Source: Octopus sinensis | Lineage: Eukaryota | DNA: 64,000 bases | Direction: 5' to 3' | NCBI RefSeq assembly: GCF_006345805.1 | Contig: NW_021830451.1 | Location: 1 to 64,000 of the forward strand | Shown here: in pieces, positions 1 through 13,611 of the stretch | How positions within the stretch are numbered: position 1 is the stretch's first letter | How the letters are laid out: every line of letters begins with the position of its first letter | Notes under the pieces: generated by a model | Seen by the model: only the letters and a program-made list of their open reading frames with translations | Told to the model about the DNA's origin: nothing | Database searches by the model: none | Translations under genes and position numbers: made by a program

Positions 1-29
1 ATTATTGATCTAAAGTAAATATAACACCT

Positions 30-748
30 TCAAAAGTAATTACGTATGAATACTAGTAAAAATATTTGGGTAATAATTCCTTACGGAGACAAATTAAATC
101 TAATCTCCCACTGCTGTTTCGTCAAGCTATTGCTAGGAATTTTCCAAACAATTCTAGGTATTACTCTATAATCAATTCACATAAGGTTAGGATAGGTTTT
201 TCAAACACAAAAAATCTCTTGCAAATTATCTCTTCTTATAATAACAAACTTTTAAATATTAAACATTTACTAATACTAACATTAATTTAGCTAATACCAT
301 CCAACCCTCTAGAAATATTAATAACAAGGTTATTGTATCTGAAGTCAATTCCAATAGAATTAAGTTTATGTCAAGTAACTCTAAGGTTAAAAATTCTATA
401 TACCAGTGTATAATCAGTACTCGTAATAAAGTACGATTTTACATTGGAAGCACATCGTTAGAGTTATCTAAAAGAATTTCTATCCATTATCAACATTTAG
501 GGATAGAAATAAACGAATAGTAGTACCGGTCTCAACAAACTGATTTGGGATTTAAAAGACCACAATGAACAATTTCATTTAGAATGGTGATTCTCTCAAT
601 TTCGATACCATATGACAAGGCAAGAAATTTTGTCTTCTCTGCAATCTGAGCTATTTTCATTATTTTTTCTAAAAGTACTATAGTAAACACGGTTATAGAG
701 CGAGCATACAGATGTATGCAAAAACATACATTTAGTGCATATAAGTAG
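30..748 (+). mobile_element. Penelope-like retroelement 3' part (linker plus GIY-YIG endonuclease), frameshifted
   Basis: Translates across frameshifts to IKSNLPLLFRQAIARNFPNNSRYYSIINSHKVRIGFSNTKNLLQIISSYNNKLL ... NSIYQCIIS..FYIGSTS.ELSKRISIHY..TGLNKLIWDLKD..FHLEW..FCLLCNL..YRCM. This matches the C-terminal GIY-YIG region of Penelope-like elements, and an HHR follows downstream. Confidence 0.8.
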
Positions 749-950
749 TCTCTATCATTATACATAATTTAAACTTTAATTTCCTTTATATTTAACATTC
801 ACTATTAATATCCTTACTGTTTCTGTTAGCTACTTATGACGTTATATCATATAACGTTTTTTTTAAACAATATTAATAGCGTTCTGTCTATCGCTATACA
901 AATCCATCATTGTTTGCTAAAATGTCTTATTGACGAATTTCGTTTTTTTC

Positions 951-1036
951 ACTTTCCTGAAGAGAAGATTGCATTGTTTATACCAATTATTCTTTTGAAT
1001 AGTATCAGTGGAATTTTCGAAACATGTGTCGAGAGT
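951..1036 (+). ncRNA. Type I hammerhead ribozyme in the Penelope 3' UTR/pLTR
   Basis: ACUUUC-CUGAAGA-long stem II (GAAGAUU/AAUUUUC, CAUUG/CAGUG, UAUUC/GAAUA)-GAAA-C(AUGU)G-UC-GAGAGU; stem I pairs with one G-U. Confidence 0.8.
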
Positions 1037-1669
1037 AAAGATATTTGATTACACCTGCGTTAACTCCATTTTTTTATTCCTATTATTCAAAATATTCAAC
1101 GTAAACACGAAGTTTCTACCTTTATAAACAAGGAGTTACAATACCTTTACTTGTGAGATTTTTGCTGCCCTGGTAACTATTTTTTTTTGTTTCCGTGTTA
1201 ATTGTTAACAAGGAAAATACACTCATCTATTTATTATATATATATATATATAATTATATATATATATATATATATAGAATTTAGAGACAAACCGCTTTTT
1301 AGTTATTCTATCAATAGTGAAAAGGTAGATAGATAGATAGATATAAATGTATATGTATGTGTATATATATAAATATATATATACATATATGCATAATATA
1401 TATATGCGTGTATATATATAATATATAGATACATGTATGTGTATAATTATGTATGTAGGTAGGTATATATGTATATATGTATATATACTTACTCTGTTAG
1501 CTTGGAATTATTACATTCTATTAATAACTATTAACAATATATACATAATATACATATAATATATAAGTATATATATATATATGTAATATGTATATATATA
1601 TATATATATCTGTATGTATATATGTATATATGATGTACGAGTGTGTGTATATATATAATAAATGAAAAT

Positions 1670-2200
1670 ATGTATGGTAAATCCACAAACGACATAACGT
1701 ATACTGGATATCAAAATGAACGGGAGACAGACAGAATGTCCCTAATTCTTCATCAGTTATCGACCAATTAGTAATATTCACTTTTGCAACTTTAACGATA
1801 TGACTGAGACCTTCTCAACTGGTGGTGCCAGCAAAAAATAATTTTCTTACGGAGAATTAGGGACTAGAGAAAACTAAACAAAACCAAACAAGCAAAATGA
1901 CACAGTGAATGATTTAGGACGGGGTACAAGGACGAACAGTCGAAAAAAATTACGGGACGAGAAAGTGGATAACGCTTAGAAAAATATCTTGAAATATGGT
2001 GAACAGAGAGAGAAAGAGAATTTGCGACAGGTCAGCTACGGAACCAGTGTAAGAAAGGAAGGAAAAGTGGAACTGACCACGGGTCACGTGACAGCAGCAG
2101 GCAGAGAAGAAGGACAGCAAGAGAGAGAGAAAGAACGAGCGACAGAGGTAAAAAGGAAAGGAATGAACGGAAAGGAGAAATGCTAGAAATACAAGAGCGA
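1670..2200. repeat. Dispersed repeat related to 51250-51780
   Basis: Shared motif order: cttcatcagtt ... ttacggag ... gtcacgtg plus a purine-rich GA tail. Confidence 0.45.
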
Positions 2201-2301
2201 AAGAGATATATATATATATATAGTCACACTTGTAAGAGAGAGAGAGAGAGAAAGAGAGAGAGACACGTGCAAGACAGAAAGAATCCCACAAGCAAGGAGT
2301 C

Positions 2302-2366
<65 letters not shown>

Positions 2367-2376
2367 ATGTATATGT

Positions 2377-2413
<37 letters not shown>

Positions 2414-2469
2414 CTATATATATATAATGTGTTGTGTGGTGTGTATATGATTCTACCTATATATACCAT

Positions 2470-2531
<62 letters not shown>

Positions 2532-2542
2532 GTATACATATA

Positions 2543-2762
2543 TTCTCTTGTTGCAGTCATTTTGACTGTCACCATGCTGGGGCGCCGCCTTTTAGCCGAC
2601 GAAATCGACCCCTGGACTTACTCTATCGGTCACTTAAGCCACGCTGCTCGATTACGGGGAAGCAAACACACCAACATCGGTTGACAAGCGATGAAGGGGG
2701 GAGACAGACACAAAAACTCAAATATATACATACATGCATACATCATACATACATACATACAT

Positions 2763-2848
<86 letters not shown>

Positions 2849-3054
2849 GTATATACAATGAGCTCCTTTCAGTGTTTCCGTCTACCAAATCCACTTACAA
2901 ATCCATTTGGTCGGCCCGAGGCTATAGTAGAAGACATTTGCCCATGGTGCCACGTAGTGGACTGAACCCGGAACCATGTGGTTGAGACACAAGCTTCTTT
3001 CCACAGAACCACGGTTGCACCTGGTCACAGCGATGCCTGCGCCTCACAGCCACT
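2543..3054 (-). mobile_element. tRNA-derived SINE, family B (CORE-like, internal microsatellite)
   Basis: Reverse complement of ...ccacatggttccgggttcagtcc...ctactatagcctcgggccgacc...gtagacggaaac...(TA)n...ccagcatgg..cagtcaaaatgactg; many copies in the window. Confidence 0.85.
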
Positions 3055-4117
3055 GGTATTCATACATACATACATACATACATACATACATACATACATA
3101 CATACATACATACACACACACATACATACATACATATATACATACATATGTGTGTGTGTGTATCCCTTTTCTCTCTTCCTTTGAATTAATTATACTTGAA
3201 TCTGAATTAGTATTAGATTACTACATTCCGAATATCAGACAGAGTTTGAGGATGAAACTAAATCTACATCCTTTAATCCTTTAATATGAGGGATGAAAAG
3301 GAATACTGACTCCGGTGGAATTTGAACATAATAAATATTGCTAATCATTTTATCTGACGCACCATCATATTTAGTCACATGGCCAGAAATTTAGTAGGAA
3401 AGGTGTTAATCGATACCACCGAAACCGGTCCTAGGCGGGTACTTTATTTCATCGATCTCGGTGGAGTGAAACACAATGTTGTCCTCGGACAGATTTCAAC
3501 GCAGCGCGTTAGAAATTGGATGAAATATAACCAGGCATATTTCTTTAGCAGATCTTTGACGATCCTTCCACCTCACCGCTCTTAAAATATAGCCTATAAT
3601 AATGTATATGATTATAATCAATTATATATATATGTAGATATAAACACGCCATGTTTATTCGTCAAACATGGTAAATTCAAATATTTCCCTGTAGAATGAA
3701 ATCATAAATAAATAAATGTATTTGAACGGCTTTAATGGATTTTCGAAACTAACTTATTTCTCATCAGAGGTGCTTGCATCATTTGACCTACCGCTAGTCA
3801 AGGAAGCAGTCAGTCTGGTTGTATACTCAACACAGAGCTGGAGCTATAAATTTGCATAGCAAAACAGTTGAACGTTTTATTCAAAACCGGCTGCCTCTCA
3901 GATTGAATCAAAGTCCAGACATTATCAATGTATGATAGAATATACATAAGTCTGCGTAGGAGAAATGCAAACACAGTCAAAAATGTTCAGAACAAAATAA
4001 TAATCAGATTCAGTGACAAGAATAATACGAGAGAGAGATAGAGAGATAAAGAGGGGAGGGAGAGAGAGAGACAGAGGGAGAGAGAGAGAGATGTCGTTTG
4101 GCAAGAGACTGTGATAG

Positions 4118-4718
4118 AGGGCGGCGAGCTGGCAGAAACGTTAGCACGCCGGGCGAAATGCTTAGCGGTATTTCGTCCGCCGTTACGTTCCGAGTTCAAA
4201 TTCCACCGAGGTCGACTTTACCTTTCTTCCTTTCAGGGTCGATTGAATAAGTACCAGTTACGCACCGGGGTCGATATAATCGACTTAATCCGTTTGTCTG
4301 TCTTTGTTCGTCCCCTCTGTGTTTAGCCCCTTGTGGGTAGTAAAGAAATAGATATTTCGTCTGCCGTTACGTTCCGAGTTCAAATTCCACCGAGGTCGAC
4401 TTTGCCTTTCTTCCATTCGGGGTCGATTAAATAAGTACCAGTTACGCACTGGAGTCGATACAATCGACTTAATCCGTTTATCTGTTCTTGTTCGTTCCCT
4501 CTGTGTTTAGCCCCTTGTGGGTAGTAAAGAAATAAGTATTTCGTCTGCCGGTACGTTCTGAGTTCAAATTCCGCCGAGGTCGACTTTGCCTTTCTTCCTT
4601 TCGGGGTCGATAAATTAAGTACCAGTTACCCACTGGGGTCGATACAATCGACTTAATCCGTTTGTCTGTCCTTGTTTGTCCCCTCTGCGTTTAGCCCCCT
4701 TGTGGGCAATAAAGAAAT
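4118..4718 (+). mobile_element. tRNA-derived SINE, family A, with three tandem bodies and a 15-bp TSD
   Basis: Head ggcggcgagctggcagaaacgttagc and B-box-like gagttcaaattcc; ~185-bp body repeated three times; TSD aagagactgtgatag at 4103-4117 and 4719-4733. Confidence 0.9.
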
Positions 4719-5157
4719 AAGAGACTGTGATAGTGTATGCTATCTTTTTATTAAACTATAGAAGCATGAGACACAGACACATTGCACTCCTCGTTTTACA
4801 GTCTGGTTAACTGTATGTATGGCTACATCAAAATTGTACAGCCCCATTTAACAGAAATCGATACGATTGAATGGATTATAATGAAGAACGCGACTGTTCT
4901 CACCCACATCGTGATGCTGTAATCAAAAATTGCCAGAATTAATTCCTTAATTGAGAATTTTATTTCTCACTGAAGGATTAGTCATTTCATTAACAAAACA
5001 TTTTGGAAAGCGGAGATAGTTATTACTTTATTCTAGCCATGCATGCTAATGAGCTAGTCATAACTACTATAATTGCTCAGCAATGCTAGCTTTCGCACGC
5101 GCATCCGTGTGTGTGTGTATGTGTGAGGGTGTTGTGAGTAATGTGTCTATGCGTTTG

Positions 5158-5189
<32 letters not shown>

Positions 5190-5227
5190 CGAGAAAGAAG
5201 CAACAAGAATGGATTATACATATGTGC

Positions 5228-5331
<104 letters not shown>

Positions 5332-6709
5332 ATGTGCATACCTATACGTGTATATATACATGCAAACATATAAGTACATGTGTAATACTACATAATTACA
5401 GTTAATTAGTGCAATTAGGAAATAATTTGATAGGAAAGTCCTGATAAAAACACACAGAAAGTTTTCTGTTTCACATGGTCTATGAAACTCATTCCTCGCT
5501 AACTTTTAACCCCGATGTTCAACAACAGTCACGTTGGAATTAATTACAAAACTTCGCAGACGAGTGAAAGCAATCAGTCTATTGTGTTACCGTTTTTCCT
5601 TTTTCTTGTAAACAGAAAAATATATTACGGCTATCGCATTAATTTTACAATGAAAATAGTTTGTTTTTCGCTTTGGAATTTCCAAGTATAAAGTTTATTC
5701 TATTCAAATAGCTTCATTTGAATAACTATTCGGTAGATAATCTCCTGTGACCAACTGCAAATATCTATCTCTTGTATGTGATGAATATTGCCTCTAGGAT
5801 TATCAGCAGAGATGAGAACAATTCATGAATTCCAGAACTTCAGTGCTGTAGTTGAGGTTATATTATATATTCGCTTCATCTGAAAAATCGCCTGCTCTAG
5901 AGATCTCTTACGGCTATTTTACTTTTATTGTGAGCTTGATTAAGCTGGACGTGTAACGTACGATTAGCTAGTCATCTCTTATGTATATCATCGTCTCTTG
6001 TCAATGATCTTGACCTATAGAACTGACTGAAGCACTAGCGGTCAGTTGCCGAGACATTAACATATAACAGTCATCAGCCTGCTTATAATACACACGGTTG
6101 CTCATTGAGCTGACAGAAGAGAAAGAAATGCCTTTAGTAATTTTCCAATTCATATCAAGCTACAACAAGCAGAAATGACGAGTGTCAAGAGGATTCTGTA
6201 GAGACTTCATCAAACATTTTCACTAGCATAGATAATTCCAGCAAAAAGAACAGAAGTAAATTGTTAAAACTTAAACCATCTACTGAAGTAACATCCAAAA
6301 ATCGAATATTTTTTTCTACATGTATTTCCCACATGGTTTTAAAGAAAGTAAAAGAATATTAGAATTACAGATGAAATTACTGTGAAAAGAGTCTGATCGA
6401 ATGAAAATAACATAAGACTAACAATAAAATCATGTTAGCACAATATACGGCCATATTGCAATCTTTTATATACTATTGTACGCCACACAACTTTACATTC
6501 ATGTGTATCAGATAACAATGCACTCTTATACACTTCCTTCAAATAATATGTTGCTTCTATTTAGAACACATTCTACTAATCCACAAAGCTATACTGTTTT
6601 ACAGTTGTTTTTACTTGTTACATTATTGTGTACTTCCATATGATATCATAAAACATGGTAACATACAATATCCTACACTATATACTTATATATATATATA
6701 CATAAAAAG

Positions 6710-6950
6710 GATCGTGGGTAAGGCCAAATCAATGCGAAGTAAATGCAAGGCAAATCACAAGAAAACAAATGTGTGAATTAATGTAGACTTACCTTGAATT
6801 CAATATTTCGGGGTTATGACCCCATTTTCTAGAATGTTGCCGATGTGCATGTGTGAGAGCGTGTGTGGAGTGTCTACATTAAGTCCCATATTTGTTTCCT
6901 TGTGATTTACCTAGCATTTACTTCGCATTGTTTTGGCCTTACCCACGATC
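6710..6950. repeat. ~79-bp imperfect inverted repeat with ~83-bp spacer
   Basis: 6710-6788 is the reverse complement of 6872-6950 with a few mismatches. Confidence 0.9.
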
Positions 6951-7251
6951 TTTCATACAATATATTCTACGCAATACTTCATAGTAGTCATTTCATATAT
7001 ACATATATGTATGTATTTATATATATAAATTTGATAAAGTATTATTAACGTTATTAAAAGTAACAATAATAATAAAGTGGCCAGCAAGTTTAGTCTAAAT
7101 AGATTTTTGCTTTGTAGTTTATACAAGGTAAAGCTAATTTTTATTATATTCGTCACATTCACCGTGCGTGTTTCTTAATAGTGAAAAACTTGTGGTTTTG
7201 GTGCGTTATCTCCTAGTTTTAGCAAATGGTATTCCAGTACCCTAATCTATT

Positions 7252-7298
<47 letters not shown>

Positions 7299-7434
7299 TT
7301 TTAAAAATACGCAGGTGAATTAAAAGTAAAACTGTGACTGTATTTTGAAGCATAAGAGCGTATATTTTCACATGATGGTACGAATTTGTTTCATGGGGGT
7401 ATGTATAAATATTTGTGACTATGTTTCTTTGAAT

Positions 7435-7500
7435 GTTGTGCTGAGGATGGGAAATAAGTTATGTTACTGCTTTAATCTCGAAATTGGACCAATACACAAT
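7435..7500 (+). ncRNA. Type I hammerhead ribozyme
   Basis: GUUGUG-CUGAGGA-U-GGGA...UCUC-GAAA-UUG(GAC)CAA-UA-CACAAU. Confidence 0.7.
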
Positions 7501-9791
7501 TGACTGTGCAGTTTTATCTTGTATTTTTCATTTGCCCGTCTATAACCCGGATTTCTTACATGTTGGGGCAGGGTCTTTTTCCTATTCCCTTATATAATTA
7601 TATAATGTATGTATATAATTATTATTTTAGTATAATTTACCCACAAGGCTTTATATCTTGTTGGTTACTTGATATTATCATTTACACGATTTTATCCTTG
7701 TTCACACACATACACACACACAAATATAACATCATATATGTATGATGCATATCCACATCATAGTATACCCTATATAACAATAAACCATTCTAGTTTACTC
7801 TGTCTGCATCGAGAAGGACCCTTACTGCGTAAACTTTCAGTGAGTTCCTCCATCCCGCTTCAATAAAGTACGTACCTACAAATCACATACGCACTCATCT
7901 ACGCTCTCGCATACATACGCACAGACTTTTACAGTTTATGCTGTTATATTTTAGTCTATTAATGTATAGTGGTGTATATACTCCTTAGACTATCGTCAGT
8001 TTTTTAATCCTTTATTATTATATTTTTAATTTTGTAGTTCGAGGTGTATTTTTTAATGTTGCCGTGTATGTTAGATTTTTTGTATGTCTTCACATTTATT
8101 TTGTCGACCATCCATACCAGTTGTTCGCAACCATTTTTGTTTTTCCTATGGACCTCTTTAAGTCCTATTTTACTCGGGTGGACTTTCATAACCATGTCAT
8201 GTTTAAAGATTCCTATTGTATTTGTATAACCATATATTATTAGGAATTATATAAAAACGCAATCTTAAAATATTTTGTATATTGTAGAAAAAACAGTTTA
8301 TTGCACGTAAAGTTTAGCATCAAAATCTTATATAGACTCCTAAAGTTCATATGAACCCATGTTGAGAACCACTGATGTATACTGTAGTGTTTATACTGGT
8401 GGTGGTAATGTTTGTGTATTATGTGAAGTATTATTCTGCTTCGTGGTGTGTAAATGGTTAGACTATATGTTTGTGAAACTGCTTTTGTATAGTTCATTTC
8501 TCTGGGAGTGTTTTGTGATGAGGGCAAACAGGTGATTGGGACTGAATAAGGGAACTGGTTCGCATGTGAGTGTAGTAGCAAAAACTGTGGAGAAGCTGGT
8601 GATGCCTGAAAAGGAGCTGTGTATTTTAACGAAGATATGGGTTTATGTTTACTGCGAATAATTTTTTTCCCGGTTTAACAACACCATCTTGTAACTGGAT
8701 GGTATTAGCGGTGTGAAATATGTTGCAAACATTCATATAAGGTCTCCAGTGCGACGGGAATTCCTCCTCCTCCCCTCTTCCATTCTTTCCTCCCTCCTAT
8801 CCCCTTACGTTTGGATGATCTGGAAAACTCATGGTTGTAGTTTTCTCGTTGTTCTGACTGAACATTAATAAAATGCAAAGATTTTAATGTCCTACTATTC
8901 TGTCATCTCTTGTATTAACTGTATTTTGCTTGTGCCAGGACATGAGTACTGTTATTTTTCCACACTGATGATATTCGGAAGTGCATTGAGATAATGGAGC
9001 TTCAGCTCACCTCATGAGGTTAACAGTGGTATCTATATGTTAATTCTATTACTGCAATTCATTTTCTTAGATTAGTCATGAATGAATGCATTTCTAGTAA
9101 ATTCTTCAGCTCTAATTTTATTCAAGTTTTATTCCCAGTATCTATGAAGTTCGATGGTTTTTGTATTACAGCAAGTTTAACTTATTTTTCCTTATGATGA
9201 TATAATTTACATTGGCTATTTTCGTACTTGCAATTTATATTGCTTGCTTTTTATTTGTTTCTTCCTTTGTTTGTTTGTTTGCTTGTTATCAATGTAGTAT
9301 CTTGAGCAAGATCGTTGTTAGAGCTGAGAAGTTTAATAGGAAATTAATGTCGGTATTTCCGGTGTTTTGCGTTATGTTTATGTTGTGATTGAAGATATAT
9401 TTAGATGTTGGTTTTCTTTTTCTGCTTTGTATTCTGTGTTTGCGTGTGAATTTTGTTGTTTGGGTGCTGCTATCTTTCCTTCGTTCTTATTATCTCTCTC
9501 GTTCGGAGTCGATGCCTTCGAACAGTTTACATGCTTAGTGCTGAAATGTATACAGTTTTTTTTTCTGCTTTTTTATTGTTTTTGGTAATTTTCTCCGCCA
9601 ACAATTTTTATCTCTCGATCGACGTTCGAGAAGTGGCAATCATAAGGTTTTGCCACGTTTTTTTCCTTAGGATTGGATTTTTCCAAAAAAAATCTTTCCA
9701 TTGTTATGACGATAAGAGATTCGGTTGCTAATGTTGACTTGTCTAGTCATTTTGTAAAGGCTTCTGCGTTAGTTCGATAGAGAACTTTTTT

Positions 9792-9838
<47 letters not shown>

Positions 9839-10685
9839 TGTGTGTCTGTGTGTGTGTGTGTGTTAGCTCTGAAGAAACAGTGGCAAATATTAATAACCGA
9901 AGTAAAAAAGACGGCAAGACACCATATAATGTAATTACCACGCTTAATCAACTCCAGCAACGGCTAAAAAACAACGTCATGTAACATACACACATTCCAA
10001 CAACATGCAAACTAATTTGTCAAATACATTTCTAAAACTAACCAAAAATTAATATTAAAAGAAAAAAAATCTCACAAACTCTGAGATAAAAAAAACTCAC
10101 TAACGTAATAACTTTAACCCCTTCCTTCTACTAAACATTTGAATATCAGCAGGAAAAATCTCACTTAAAGCCTCAAGGCTTGATATTATCTCAAAGATAT
10201 CTTAAACGTATACAACCTGAAGGTATTTTTCATTCACCAGTATTATGAACTACCCGCACAAACATTACGAAATAACTATAATCTTCATAAAGATCGGAAT
10301 TATATCATCCCTAAAAACATGACAAGAAAACCAAGAAGAGTAACACTACCCAGACTGATCACTATCCGAAGCATATCTAAAGAATAAATCAAATATTTTG
10401 AATGTCTGATAACAATATTTCATGCATTTCCAACTTAGGTTCTGCTCTCTAAACTGAAGTGCCACACTCCCTGCATCACCGCACCACATCTAAAAATGAG
10501 CGAATGATGGAGATATTATGAGTGTTACAAGAAATGACAAACGTATGCTGGAAGTGACAACCGTATTCATACTCTTTAAGAATATGATTGCTACGGTTTG
10601 TGCGCCTTTGATCGTTAGTTTTGCATAAGCAAGATTGATTCAAGACTAAAATACAACTATGAAGAGACGTTGTACAATGAATATA

Positions 10686-10956
10686 CATAATAAAAAAATT
10701 TTAATAAATGTTCCTTCTCGAGCCATGCCAGGCTCATAAGGGCCGGTTTCCCGGTTTCAGTGGCGTAGAAATTCCCCACCCGGATGGGACGCCGGTCCGT
10801 CGCAGGACGACTCATTTCTGTCAGCTGAGTGGACTGGAGCAACGTGAAATGAAGTGTTTTGCTCAAGAACACAACGCGTCGTCTCGTCCAGGAATCGAAA
10901 CCACAACCTTACGATCATGAGTTCAATAACTTAACCACTAAGTCACGCGCCTCCAC
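10686..10956 (-). mobile_element. tRNA-derived SINE, family C, with a 12-bp TSD
   Basis: Minus-strand tRNA-like head (gtgacttagtggttaag...ggtttcgattcc); TSD acaatgaatata at 10674-10685 and 10957-10968. Confidence 0.85.
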
Positions 10957-12026
10957 ACAATGAATATATAATGGTTTTTAATTCAGGCAAAACATTTGAG
11001 GGGAGGAGTTAGTCTATGTCATTGACCCCAGTACTTGACAGGTACTTTAATTTATGGACACAGAAAGGATGAAAGGTAATATTAGCCTCAGTGGAACTTA
11101 TAACGTAAAAAGCCAGAAAAATACCTCGAAGCAAGCTTTTCTCTCTATGCTCCAATGATTCTACCAGCTGCTGCCTTGTACTAAAAATATATAATGACTC
11201 CAATCCTCGATACCTACCAACATGATACTAAACAGTTCGGTAAAATAAACAAAACAGCAACAACAACATAACACACCACATTTCAGGTCGCTATCGTTAG
11301 CAAACCACATTTATGGTTAGCGCACCACATTTTAGGTCGCTATCGTTACGTTGTGTTTAATTATTGCTAATATAAGCACAGTTGAATTGTGCTTATATTG
11401 CTAATATAAGCACAATTCCAGTACGTGACACCGACAGAAAGAAAGTAGAATTCAACATAGGTAAGATTTGAACTCAGACACCGAGCGCGAAATGACATGA
11501 TTAAGTATCGCACGACATTTCATCTGTCACAATGGACTCTGCCAATACACTGCCCATATGCATCAATACATCATGTGATAACAACGCATCTAGCATCGGA
11601 AATCTTCTGAACGGAGTACAGCTAGGATTCACTCCCATATTCATTGTATTAATTTTATATCCACACTCCTATTTGTCTGTCTCTCTGTCTGTCTGTCTCT
11701 GTCTGTCTGTTTATCTATCTGTCTGTCTCTGTCTCTGCCTCTCTCTGTCTCTCTCTCTCTCTCTCTCCCTCTCTCTCCCTCTCTCTCTCTGTGCACAGAG
11801 CATATATAGAGGTAACAATATTTACCATGTCCTACCGTTGACAAGTTAGTGATGATCGTCTATCCCGAACCTACATCAGCAACCGAGAATTTTAATTTTC
11901 CACAAATAGTATAAAAATGTCACCTACCAAATGACAAATCTATCATCGCCATTTTAAAATCACCCCCCCCCCAAAAAAAAAAAGACACCAGAAGAACAAC
12001 AAATAACCAATATAAGTAAGTTCGAA

Positions 12027-12240
12027 GGCGGGTAGTTAGCAGAATTGTTAGCACGTCCGGGAAAATGCTCAGCGGGATCTCTTGCGTCTTTACGTTCTAG
12101 GTTCAAATCCCACCGGGGTCAGCTTTGCCTGTCATTCTTTCGGAATCGATAAAATAAGTACCAGTCGAATACTGGGTCGATGTAATCGATTCGTCTCCAC
12201 CTTGAAAATTTCAGGCCTTGTGCCTTTAGCAGAAAGGAAT
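12027..12240 (+). mobile_element. SINE family A, diverged, alternative 3' tail
   Basis: ggcgggtagttagcagaattgttagcac...ggttcaaatcc...ttgcctgtcattctttcggaatcgataaaataagtaccag. Confidence 0.75.
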
Positions 12241-12324
12241 GTAAGCAAGCTCTCTCACTGTTCTTTGTCTCTCTCTCTCTCTCTCTCTTTCATTCACATG
12301 TATACACACATGAGCACATGTACA

Positions 12325-12440
12325 CACGCATGCGCTCAGGCACACACACACACACACGCGCGCGCGCGCATGCGCTCAGGCACACACACACGCGCGCGCA
12401 TGCGCTCAGGCACAGACACGCATGCGCTCAGGCACACACA

Positions 12441-12474
<34 letters not shown>

Positions 12475-12475
12475 A
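12325..12475. repeat. Minisatellite: cgcatgcgctcaggcaca x4 with (CA)n/(CG)n spacers
   Basis: Directly visible. Confidence 0.9.
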
Positions 12476-13408
12476 AGACATAAGTAAAATAACAGTCTTC
12501 AACATTCAAAGCGCACACCGAAAATATAGCGAAGAAAAGGAAACGCAGATACACTATAAGCACACATTTAAAGACACCAGAATTCTACCAATACAAAAAA
12601 ACAACAACACCAGTGTACAAGAAACAATATATATTTATTAGATCTATCACATAGTAACTGATGTTTGCTCGGCCACCCCTAATTCCTTCACAACAAACTA
12701 CAAAGTTCACAAAACAACGTGCTTCATATCGTCACAGCTTGCATACACACCGCATCTACGGCTTTATCAACGCAGCGAAAGGAAAACTATTCAAGGCATT
12801 AAGAGCACCTGAATATACAGCGAGCATATTTTGTTGACGCAGCAAGTTCCAAACTACAACACATAATCCCTGCTACTCTCCAAACAGCTAGACACATAAG
12901 AACACCACAGAACAAACACTACTATACTGCCGTCGTAAAAACAATGCCCCCACCCCCAGTTCAGTCTAGACAAACATAGAACTCGCATATCAGCAGCACC
13001 AATAAATAATCTTGTTAGATCTAAACATTGTGAGATACGTTACGCGTTTAACGATAAGGACAGACGAACATGTGTTGTGTACCTCTTGCAATCGAGTTCA
13101 TCTCGTTCATCTCTGTCGTGGCTACAGCCAGAATTTGCATCTGGATGATCCAAAGAGTGAACTTGTTCTGTGTGCGGTTACTTGCTTTACTAGAAATAGC
13201 AGTCAAGTCTCTTTCTCATACCACATACTAACGACTTAAAGAAAAGGAAGACATCAGATATCCTGGTCAATGTTGTGAGGCCGGAATGTTTACGGCCGGA
13301 ACGTCTTTGTAATCACAGGTTTGCTTACTCGATCAGGGCTGACTTCAATTTAAACAGCAACTACAGAGCAACCGCAAGAAGAACAAAAGCAACAACTAGT
13401 ACAACTGG

Positions 13409-13611
13409 CATCTCAGAGAGATTCAGCGTGACACAGAGTGTGACAAGGCCGGCCGTTTGAAATACAGGTACAACTCATTTTTGCCAGCTGACTGAACTGG
13501 AGTAACGTGAAATAAAGTGTCTTGCTCAAGGACATATTGCGTCGCCGGGAATCGAACTCACGACCTTACAATTGTGAGCCAAATACGCTAACCACTAAGC
13601 CACCCTCCTTC
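13409..13611 (-). mobile_element. tRNA-derived SINE related to family C, with a short TSD
   Basis: Shares ctcattt..gccagctga.tg.actggag.aacgtgaaat.aagtgt.ttgctcaag with the 10686-10956 copy; acaactgg flanks both ends. Confidence 0.8.

Noticed and set aside
4118-4210. tRNA gene
   Set aside because: It is the tRNA-derived head of a SINE, runs into the SINE body and has no full cloverleaf.
12480-13000. Very decayed Penelope RT sequence; similar hints at 8400-8760
   Set aside because: Only vague motif resemblance; cannot be supported without a profile search.
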